A stretch of 64,000 nt of DNA from Promethearchaeota archaeon. Lineage in GTDB: Archaea > Asgardarchaeota > Lokiarchaeia > Sigyniarchaeales > SOKP01. The position numbers and the translations under genes are program-made. Where the stretch lies: NCBI GenBank assembly GCA_016840165.1, contig JAEOSU010000076.1:1-64000 (forward strand), written 5' to 3'. Numbering within the stretch: position 1 is the stretch's first letter; the number at the start of each line of letters is the position of its first letter. Positions 1 to 7,802 of the stretch are shown piece after piece. A model generated the notes under the pieces. It ran no database searches. It had not been told where the DNA came from and saw nothing but the letters and a program-made list of their open reading frames with translations.

Positions 1-142
1 AAAGGTATATTTTATATTGTATTTCTAAAAATTTAGATTTTCAAATTAATTGAAATTCTTCTTTTTAAAAAATGATAAAACTTTTTTTCTGAGAATAATT
101 TATTATAGTAATCTACCATTTGCGCTCGTAGTATAGACGTAG

Positions 143-161
143 ACATAATTAATAGGCGTAA
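143..161 (+). other. tRNA intron 1 (19 nt, D arm, about position 22/23), BHB-like
   Basis: Central helix ACGT(137-140)/GCGT(156-159) with 3-nt bulges AGA(141-143) and AAA(160-162); cuts placed after the 2nd bulge nucleotide. Confidence 0.75.
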
Positions 162-197
162 AATCGCGGCCTTCCAAGCCGTGGACGCGGGTTCAAA

Positions 198-228
198 AGA
201 TTATGTGAAATTATCACGACTCTGGGTT
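198..228 (+). other. tRNA intron 2 (31 nt, T loop, position 59/60), BHB
   Basis: Central helix TTCA(192-195)/TGGG(223-226), bulges AAA(196-198) and TTT(227-229), flanked by the T stem and an intron hairpin. Splicing restores a TTCAAAT T loop. Confidence 0.9.
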
Positions 229-262
229 TCCCGCCGAGCGCATCTAATAATTCTAAAATCCA

Positions 263-631
263 TTATGGAAAAGCATTAGGCTTGTAAAACTCATAACTAC
301 TGTACAATTTACGAAATTTCTCGTAGCATTCTTCACAGTACCACATTTTGTCTTTAGGGTTAAAGATATGGTCATTTTCTCGATCGCTACACGAAGAGCA
401 CTTACCAATAAATTCTCTCAAATCCTTTCGTAATCTGTTTTCTTCTTCTATTAGCTTTTTGTGTCTCTTATCGTTGAATTTTATACCGTGGTTTTCTTTA
501 AAGAGAAGTCTTCGTTTTTGGATCAAATTTAAGATTTCATTGTCCACAACACTAATGAGCAACTGCCTTAACCCAAATCGAATCTTGCGTAGCTTAGGAT
601 CTTTAAGTCGGACAACCCGCTTCTTATTCAT
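263..631 (-). CDS. Basic hypothetical protein with C-terminal Zn-finger-like CxxC...CxxC
   Basis: 122-aa ORF with CSSC and CEEC motifs. Confidence 0.6.
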   Translation of the reverse strand: MNKKRVVRLKDPKLRKIRFGLRQLLISVVDNEILNLIQKRRLLFKENHGIKFNDKRHKKLIEEENRLRKDLREFIGKCSSCSDRENDHIFNPKDKMWYCEECYEKFRKLYSSYEFYKPNAFP

Positions 632-702
632 CCTTAGTAACCAATTCTAGTTCATTTTTAGAACTCTTTTCTTCTTTCATACCAACTCCATCTAAATTGA
701 AT

Positions 703-1377
703 TTAGATTATATTATTAATGATTTCATAGAAGTTTATGATTTTATTTACCACTATTGAAGCATCTAATGAATATTTTGAAATTGAAATCAATTCCTTGC
801 TTAAATCTAAAATATTTTGAGAGAAAAAAGCTTTTTGAAAACCACCAATGATCACTACTTCATTTTTCAAGGATTCTTCTGGAAAGATAGTAAGGTGATG
901 CTGGATTAATTTACCTTTTGAGGTTAATAGTTTGATATTTTTCTTTTTTATACTTCTTATAAAGGTTGCAAACGGTTGCTTTATTTCAGATATAAGATTT
1001 TTCCCTTCGAAAGAGATTGAGCCATCAATTAACAGTTTAGCCATCAGTCCCTTGAATCGATTGTAATTTTTAGTAATATTTATTTCTGGATGGAACTGAA
1101 AGATTCTATTATGAATCGTGTGGATATAAATTGATAATAAACCATTCTTATTACAAGGGGAACCTAATGCATGAAGCAAACAATTATGTATAATGTCGGG
1201 CCGCCCTCTTTTTTCTCTATTCTGCAGCTTTAACATCGCAGAATGGTGTATTGCATTATCTAACAATAAAGAAGAATAATTATTCTTTACTACATTGTTC
1301 CTAACGGCAGGATGGTTCTGAATTTGCTTAGGGATTAATTCTAAGCCGCATTCAACAAGAAATATTATTAATGGCAA
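703..1377 (-). CDS. nep1: Nep1/Emg1 16S rRNA pseudouridine N1-methyltransferase (SPOUT)
   Basis: LLDxxxHHSAM, RGRPDIIH, KNYNRFKGLM and IIGGFQ motifs. Confidence 0.93.
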   Translation of the reverse strand: MPLIIFLVECGLELIPKQIQNHPAVRNNVVKNNYSSLLLDNAIHHSAMLKLQNREKRGRPDIIHNCLLHALGSPCNKNGLLSIYIHTIHNRIFQFHPEINITKNYNRFKGLMAKLLIDGSISFEGKNLISEIKQPFATFIRSIKKKNIKLLTSKGKLIQHHLTIFPEESLKNEVVIIGGFQKAFFSQNILDLSKELISISKYSLDASIVVNKIINFYEIINNII

Positions 1378-1398
1378 ATAATTTCAACTTTTTAATTA

Positions 1399-1725
1399 TT
1401 ATTTTTTGATTATATATCTGGTTGTTTTATTACATTCCAAGCAGGTCATGGAAATGTGGGATGTATTATTGCTCGAATGAATCCTAAATCTACAATTGAC
1501 ACCTGGATAAAGGAATTTCTTACATTTATGGCATATTCTTTTTCTCCATTCAAAGGGTATTTTAACTTTAGCTCTTTGGGCATAAATTCTCGCTAAACTA
1601 ACATATCTATTAGATAAATCTTTATTTTCTATGAAAATATCGTCCGCTTTTTGAAATAGATATATTATTCGTCGTTTCGCTATTGTTTTTACGAGCTTTT
1701 TATGTTTCGAGCTATATCTAGTCAT
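1399..1725 (-). CDS. rnp4: RNase P protein Rpp21
   Basis: IAKRRIxxLF, RYVxLAR, KRICHKC...CLEC Zn ribbon. Start set at the MTRY ATG. Confidence 0.93.
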   Translation of the reverse strand: MTRYSSKHKKLVKTIAKRRIIYLFQKADDIFIENKDLSNRYVSLARIYAQRAKVKIPFEWRKRICHKCKKFLYPGVNCRFRIHSSNNTSHISMTCLECNKTTRYIIKK

Positions 1726-1754
1726 TTTCTTTAAGTTAAGAATGAAATAAAAAA

Positions 1755-2021
1755 TCAAATTTTCGTTTTCAATTTGGAAAGAATTACCATTCTTCCACGG
1801 ACGTCAATTAGATGGGAATTGGTTTCATTTGAGATTTGTTTCGCTAAATTTTTAATATTTGATTGAGAGATTGCTGATTTAAGAACTTTAATTTTAATAA
1901 TTTTGTATTTCTTCAACAATTTAGACACATGGGTGATAAATTCTTCAGAAATTCCTTTTTTGCCCAAAATACAGTGCGGTTGCGATATTAGTGCCCTTTT
2001 ATATTCATTTTGATAATCCAT
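1755..2021 (-). CDS. YhbY/CRM-domain RNA-binding protein
   Basis: ILGKKGIS, IIKIKVLKS and DVRGRMVIL motifs; usual neighbour of rpp21. Confidence 0.88.
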   Translation of the reverse strand: MDYQNEYKRALISQPHCILGKKGISEEFITHVSKLLKKYKIIKIKVLKSAISQSNIKNLAKQISNETNSHLIDVRGRMVILSKLKTKI

Positions 2022-2118
2022 TGTCCCAGAATACTAAAAATACCAAAAAATTTTTAATTTATTTAATCTTTTAATTTACAATATATTAAATTAAAGAACT
2101 ATTCAATTAAAGATTACT

Positions 2119-2538
2119 ATGTCTATCTATGTTGTTGAACCTCAGAGATTGATAAGAACGATCGCAGAAAAGTTAAGAGAATTTCCAGAGATCAAACCAC
2201 CAGAAGGCATTGAGTTTTGGAAAACAGCTCACTTTAAAGAATTAGCACCCGCAGATTCTGAAAGTTTTTGGTATATGAGATGTGCCTCCATTTTAAGGAA
2301 AATTAGAAAATTTGGTCCAATAGGCGTTAATAGGTTGAGAAAGCATTATGGTGGTAGAAATAGAAAAGGATCCGGATTAAGTCACAGCTCAAAAGGAAGT
2401 GGAAAGATTATCAGAATTGCTTTACAACAACTAGAAAACGCAAATTTAATTGTAAAATTAGAAAAGAAAGGAAGAATTCTTTCTAATGATGGGATTAGCT
2501 TTTTAGAAAGAACTGCTCATGATTTATTAAGAAAGTAA
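2119..2538 (+). CDS. rps19e: 30S ribosomal protein eS19
   Basis: KTAHFKELAP, WYMRCASILRK, YGGR and GSGKIIRIALQQLE. Confidence 0.97.
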   Translation: MSIYVVEPQRLIRTIAEKLREFPEIKPPEGIEFWKTAHFKELAPADSESFWYMRCASILRKIRKFGPIGVNRLRKHYGGRNRKGSGLSHSSKGSGKIIRIALQQLENANLIVKLEKKGRILSNDGISFLERTAHDLLRK

Positions 2539-2577
2539 TATATTTAATGGTAATATCATTTGTTATAGGCGTTTAGC

Positions 2578-2916
2578 TTGAGTGACGAAGAAGAAATAGA
2601 AAGAATAAAGAAAAAAAAATTACAAGAAATAAAGCAACAAGCACTCCAGCAACAAATAGCTGAACAACAACAACAAGATTACAAAACCAAGAAATACCAA
2701 ATTATGCGTTTAATTTTAGCTCAAGAAGCACGACAGAGACTTGAAAACATAAGGATGGTCAAACCTCAATTCGCAGAACAAGTTGAATTACAATTGATTC
2801 AACTCTACCAAGCAGGTAGATTGAGAGGAGCAACTCCATTAGAAGATAGAGCCTTTAAAAAATTATTAGAGCAAATAACTTCTTCAGGTAAGAAAGAATT
2901 TAAAATTAAGAAATGA
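2578..2916 (+). CDS. PDCD5/TFAR19-family DNA-binding protein
   Basis: EARQRLENIRMVKPQFAEQVELQLIQL; conserved position after rps19e. Confidence 0.93.
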   Translation: MSDEEEIERIKKKKLQEIKQQALQQQIAEQQQQDYKTKKYQIMRLILAQEARQRLENIRMVKPQFAEQVELQLIQLYQAGRLRGATPLEDRAFKKLLEQITSSGKKEFKIKK

Positions 2917-2927
2917 GAATAAAGAAA

Positions 2928-3089
2928 ATGGCACGCAATAAAGATTTACCATCAAAATTAAGAAGAGGAAAAAAGTTAAGACAAAATCAATCGGTTCCAA
3001 GCTGGATCATCAAAAAGACGGGGGGAAAGGTCAGATATAGTCCGTATTCGAGAAGAGAGTGGAGAAATTCCCGCTTGAAGAAAGATTAA
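2928..3089 (+). CDS. rpl39e: 50S ribosomal protein eL39 (not in ORF track)
   Basis: Manual translation MARNKDLPSKLRRGKKLRQNQSVPSWIIKKTGGKVRYSPYSRREWRNSRLKKD*; syntenic position. Confidence 0.95.
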   Translation: MARNKDLPSKLRRGKKLRQNQSVPSWIIKKTGGKVRYSPYSRREWRNSRLKKD

Positions 3090-3107
3090 ATGGGGATGTG
3101 ATAAAGA

Positions 3108-3560
3108 ATGGCTAAAAAAAAATCAAAAGAAATCAGTTTGGATGAATTGGAAGAGGAACTCGTAGAAGAGGAGGAAGAAGAAGAATCAATTGAAGAAATC
3201 GATGAATTTAGCATCGAAGAAATTCCTGAAGAAGAAGAGATCAGCGAAATATTTGAAGAAGAACTCGAAGGCTATGAAGAAGAAGTAGAAGAAGCTCCTG
3301 AAGCGGAAATAATTGATGAGCGTATTTATATAGTCCCTTTAGCAAAAGCTCGTAGAGGTCCAAGAAACAAGTACAGTAAAAAGGCTGTGCGATACTTAAG
3401 AGAATATATGGAAAGACATTTCAAACCTGAATCATTAGTTATTTCTCAAGAAGTAAATGAAGCTATATGGGCTCGTGGAATTCAGAAACCACCCAGAAAA
3501 ATTAAAATTCGAGCTACTAAGAACATTGATGGGCTCGTAGTTTGCTATTTAGCGAAATAA
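3108..3560 (+). CDS. rpl31e: 50S ribosomal protein eL31 with long acidic N-terminal extension
   Basis: C-terminal ERIYIVPL...KKAVRYLRE...VNEAIWARGIQKPPRKIKIR. Confidence 0.95.
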   Translation: MAKKKSKEISLDELEEELVEEEEEEESIEEIDEFSIEEIPEEEEISEIFEEELEGYEEEVEEAPEAEIIDERIYIVPLAKARRGPRNKYSKKAVRYLREYMERHFKPESLVISQEVNEAIWARGIQKPPRKIKIRATKNIDGLVVCYLAK

Positions 3561-3676
3561 TACAATTATTACTATTTTTTAAAGATTTTAAAAGATTATT
3601 AATATTTAATCTTATTAAGGGTTCTTTTCGTTGATGAGAATGAATTACTAATAGAATTAAAGAAAAAAAATATTTT

Positions 3677-5920
3677 TTAATATGATACATGAGTAGAATC
3701 CATATTAATCAAGCGAGGTAAAATTATACTCGAGTTATATGCTGGACCAACTAATAATGTGTTATTGGCTAAATAATAATTTAAGTAATTTGTTGCTAAT
3801 GGCGCACCAGTATTCGGATTAAGACCATAACGTGGATAATTTGAACTTGAAATAGCAACTCGAATTTTATGTCCAGGAGCAAATGTATATGCGCTCGACC
3901 AACAATCAATTAGAAGCTCATACACATCGTTTGTATCCCCAGACATAAATGCTTCGGAGGTATAATTGAAACGGTGCCTCACAGTCAATGATCCGTCAGT
4001 TATAAGCATGGATCTATTGTCAGGATAGACATCAGTTAATTTAATACTAAAATCGGTGTCAGTACAATTAGATGTCACCCATAGATGTCCAAAGATACGT
4101 CCAACTACTTCAACGGCCTCAGTTAATGGCGGAGTTTCAAATAGAATCACATCGGAGCGATCTTCAATTGGTGTTTGATCCATCGGACCATTTAGATCAA
4201 ATGGTTGATTTTGACCTCCTAAGTTTGCTACGGGATTTCGAGGATCATAAATATAGCTAAAATTCTTATTTGTAGCCCCAGGTGAGGTTTTATCCAATCC
4301 TCCACCTGCCGTAAAATACCATGTATCATTAACATGATCCAAGGGCCAATCATATGCATATCTCCAATAATTCCACGTATCTGAATATGTATCTACATCA
4401 CCCATCATATAATATGCCACCCTTGCTCCAGACCAATCAGTGGGGATGCTTAAAAGAGCTTCATCAAAAACTTCAGTTTCCCAGTTAAGAATTAAATCAA
4501 ATCCATTAGAATTTTCTGGATATACCAATTCACCTTGTTTCCCACCATATACAGAGCCATGTGTCCAAGGACCCATTATAAGTTTTTGATGACCTTTTGC
4601 TCTTGAAGTTCCATTATTATCATATCCTACATAACCATCGATCGTTCCTTGAAGAAAATGATCATACCAACCCCCAACGTGTATTCCGTAGACGGAAACA
4701 TTAGAATAATGAGGTCCTAGATGAATAGAAAGCGACGTAGAATTATATAGAGTCTCATTTTTTGGATAAAATTGAAAGATCATATCTAACTGATGTTGCC
4801 AGTTATTAGGAGCAGTGCTTGTGACCCATGTTTCCACAGAGGATTTATGGTAAGAACCTTGGTAGATAGCATGATCAAATAGTTCTGGGGTTCCAAACCA
4901 TAGTTGTTGAGCTTTTAATCCACTTGGACCCATTCCTGCATAAAAATATTGATTAATACATAAAGCTGAGACACCTGCACTAGCAATATCACCGTTACAA
5001 AAGCTCTGGTTCAATATCCAATTGAGTGTATCTACACCATCCTCGTATGATTTTGTAAAGAGCAGAAAATTATTTCCCCCCTCAGAGTCGTGAGTCCCTC
5101 TGAGATCCTGGATTATTATATGATAATCTTGTATAAAATATACTTGAGAATATAAATCATAGGCCCAACCATCTTTCCCATAGGGAGTTCTTATAAGAAT
5201 TACTGGTCTTGGGCCTCCATAAGAACCAGGAGCATAGTACACATCAGTAGCTAAACGAATTCCATCGCGCATTTCTACCATAAAAGTTTGTTTGGATTGG
5301 GGATTATATATTGCGGTTGTAATAATAATAGAGCTAGGGAAAGCTATAAGAAAGATGATTAAAATATATTTTAGAATTGTTGGTAACTTCTCTAACCGAC
5401 GCCCGGAATATTTTTTCATAAGTGCCGTTAACGATAAAGAAGAATTTTTCAAACCATAAACTAAAAAGATTAATAAACTTATTGCAATAGCAGAAAGGAC
5501 ATAATAATCAAGATTTAGAAAGAGAAACCAAAGGATTCCGATAAACGGAGTCAAAATTTTAAAGAGATTTCCAAAGATAATTAAGATTTTATGATTTGTA
5601 GCCTTTCCAATGTTTATAAGATAAGCAGCGAACATTAATAACGAATAAAAGGAGATAAAAATCGTTATGGGAAAATAAATCATCCCAAATAGCACTAATA
5701 TAATCTGTTTCATTCCATAGTAGATAGTTTCTTTATTGGAAAATAACTTTTCTCCGTCTGAAGATCTTTTACTATACTTCCCATAGTAAAGAACATATCC
5801 AAAAACATATATGCCTCTACAGAGTACAACAATAATCAAGTTGTTAATAAGCATGTTTTCGATGTCTAAAAATCCGAGAGTCCCTAAAAAGTAAAAAATT
5901 GCGGTTATCCAATTTATCAT
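3677..5920 (-). CDS. Membrane-anchored CocE/NonD (peptidase S15-like) hydrolase, paralog 1
   Basis: About 200-aa multi-TM N-terminus, then MRDGIRLATDVY, RTPY, QDLRG, GVSAL, GWYD, GPWTH and SSSNYPR. Confidence 0.9.
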   Translation of the reverse strand: MINWITAIFYFLGTLGFLDIENMLINNLIIVVLCRGIYVFGYVLYYGKYSKRSSDGEKLFSNKETIYYGMKQIILVLFGMIYFPITIFISFYSLLMFAAYLINIGKATNHKILIIFGNLFKILTPFIGILWFLFLNLDYYVLSAIAISLLIFLVYGLKNSSLSLTALMKKYSGRRLEKLPTILKYILIIFLIAFPSSIIITTAIYNPQSKQTFMVEMRDGIRLATDVYYAPGSYGGPRPVILIRTPYGKDGWAYDLYSQVYFIQDYHIIIQDLRGTHDSEGGNNFLLFTKSYEDGVDTLNWILNQSFCNGDIASAGVSALCINQYFYAGMGPSGLKAQQLWFGTPELFDHAIYQGSYHKSSVETWVTSTAPNNWQHQLDMIFQFYPKNETLYNSTSLSIHLGPHYSNVSVYGIHVGGWYDHFLQGTIDGYVGYDNNGTSRAKGHQKLIMGPWTHGSVYGGKQGELVYPENSNGFDLILNWETEVFDEALLSIPTDWSGARVAYYMMGDVDTYSDTWNYWRYAYDWPLDHVNDTWYFTAGGGLDKTSPGATNKNFSYIYDPRNPVANLGGQNQPFDLNGPMDQTPIEDRSDVILFETPPLTEAVEVVGRIFGHLWVTSNCTDTDFSIKLTDVYPDNRSMLITDGSLTVRHRFNYTSEAFMSGDTNDVYELLIDCWSSAYTFAPGHKIRVAISSSNYPRYGLNPNTGAPLATNYLNYYLANNTLLVGPAYNSSIILPRLINMDSTHVSY

Positions 5921-6003
5921 AAATAATATTTGGGATATACTTATTTATTAAATTTATAAAGATCCTATCGAATTTTTCCTTGGCATTTAAAATGAACGAA
6001 AAA

Positions 6004-7530
6004 TCAAATGTTTTTATTTTTACTTTGACTTATGTTTTTGATTAATGCTATTAGGAATTTCCAAATTCTCTCAACACTACTAATTTTTAGTCGTTCATTA
6101 GGAGTATGAACATTCTCAATAGTAGCTCCAATCGCTATCATTTCCATGTCTAGATAATACTGTCTAAATTCTCCACATTCGCATCCAGCATGAACAGCTA
6201 GAATTTCAATATCTTTATTGTATAATTCTATAAAAGTATTTTTTGCAAAAATTATTAAATTAGAGTCATAATCCGGAGTCCAGCAAGGACTTTTAGCGAG
6301 TTGTATCATCTCTGAATCTAAATCAATATATCTAAATAATAACTTAATTTTTTCATCAATTATCTCCAATTCATAATCCGACATACTTCGATGGAAAAAT
6401 TCTATCTCAACAAAATCTTCTGTTGATTTTAATATCCCTAGATTTGTTGATGTAAGTACTAACTCCTTATCTTTTGGATGAAATGATATTGGTCCAGAGG
6501 GATAAACATATAATAAATCCAATAATGAATTCTTTGTCATCTCAGGGAAAACAGAGATTTCTTTGAAATTTTCTAATTGATCTATAGATATTTTAAGGTT
6601 TGACTCAATATCTTTAAAATTGTTTTTAATGTCAGTTATCATTTCTTTTATTTCGTTAAATATGCCATCAACATCTTGAATTTTAGTAAGAATTATTGCT
6701 TGAGATGCTCCAGGGATACTGTTGATGGAGGCGCCACCATCGATTGAATTGATATACAGTTCATATTTATTATTTAATTTCCATAGTACTTGAATGAGAA
6801 GTTTTATAGCATTTGCTCGACCTTTATGAATATCCAATCCGGAGTGTCCTCCTACCAACCCTGAAATTGATAGCTTTATTGGCATCAAATTATACTCATC
6901 TTGGTTTAATGAAATTCTATTAATTTTCACTTTACTTTTATACATAATGCCACCTGCAGAACCAATTACTGCTTTATCCTCTTCTTCTAAATCAAGGTTT
7001 ATCAGATAACCTCCACCAATTAAGCTTCTATCCATTAAGGTAACACCAAATGGTGGATATTCTTCGCTGGTAGTAAACAATAAATCAAATTCTAAAGGAC
7101 CAAAATTCAATTCACCACTAAAAATCTTTTTCATGAAGGTTAATTGATATGCTATTCCAACTCCATTATCTGCTCCTAATGTTGTGCCATCAGCAGTTAG
7201 CCATCTTTCATTATGATGCTCGATAATTTTTAATCTTAATGGATCCTTCGAAAAATCATGTTGTGAATTCGACTCCTTTTCGCAAACCATATCCATATGG
7301 CTTTGTAAAACAATTCTTATTTTTTTTTTATTATTGTTTATACTTGGTCTAATCCTAATAACAAGATTTTTAGGATTATCTATTTCTGTTGAATAACCAC
7401 ACTTTTCAGCTTCAGTTTTTATAAAATTTCGTATTTGATCTTCATTTTGAGAGCATCGAGGGATTTTGGAGATTTTAAAGAAATAGTCCCAAAATTCTAC
7501 TGGTGAACCCATCTCATCAAGATTTTGCAT
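6004..7530 (-). CDS. pepD: Aminoacyl-histidine dipeptidase (M20)
   Basis: LQSHMDMVCEK, TTLGADNGVG, GGHSGLDIH, HAGCECG and HTPNE. Confidence 0.92.
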   Translation of the reverse strand: MQNLDEMGSPVEFWDYFFKISKIPRCSQNEDQIRNFIKTEAEKCGYSTEIDNPKNLVIRIRPSINNNKKKIRIVLQSHMDMVCEKESNSQHDFSKDPLRLKIIEHHNERWLTADGTTLGADNGVGIAYQLTFMKKIFSGELNFGPLEFDLLFTTSEEYPPFGVTLMDRSLIGGGYLINLDLEEEDKAVIGSAGGIMYKSKVKINRISLNQDEYNLMPIKLSISGLVGGHSGLDIHKGRANAIKLLIQVLWKLNNKYELYINSIDGGASINSIPGASQAIILTKIQDVDGIFNEIKEMITDIKNNFKDIESNLKISIDQLENFKEISVFPEMTKNSLLDLLYVYPSGPISFHPKDKELVLTSTNLGILKSTEDFVEIEFFHRSMSDYELEIIDEKIKLLFRYIDLDSEMIQLAKSPCWTPDYDSNLIIFAKNTFIELYNKDIEILAVHAGCECGEFRQYYLDMEMIAIGATIENVHTPNERLKISSVERIWKFLIALIKNISQSKNKNI

Positions 7531-7802
7531 AATTTATCACTCATACTTTATTGGATTAAATTATATATAATATCTTTTACTTTTCAGTGAAAAAAACCTT
7601 TTTTTCAATCTATATTATTCCTTCACTTTTTGGCTATTTAATACTTTAAATAAAGTATTAAGGATTATAATGGGTGGTTCTCCTATTATAGTCTTGGTTC
7701 ATATATTCAATCATAGAATCAAATCACAATTAATTTTATATCTCACAAACAGAAAAAAATAAAAAAAAAATACAATTTTATTTATTTACGTGAGCTCTAA
7801 GA

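Larger units (their letters stand above)
122..242 (+). tRNA. tRNA-Gly(TCC) precursor with two non-canonical introns
   Basis: Acceptor stem GCGCTCG(122-128)/CGAGCGC(235-241) plus discriminator A242. Anticodon arm GCGGC-CTTCCAA-GCCGT (166-182). T stem GCGGG/CCCGC. Extra sequence lies in the D arm and T loop. No encoded CCA. Confidence 0.95.
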
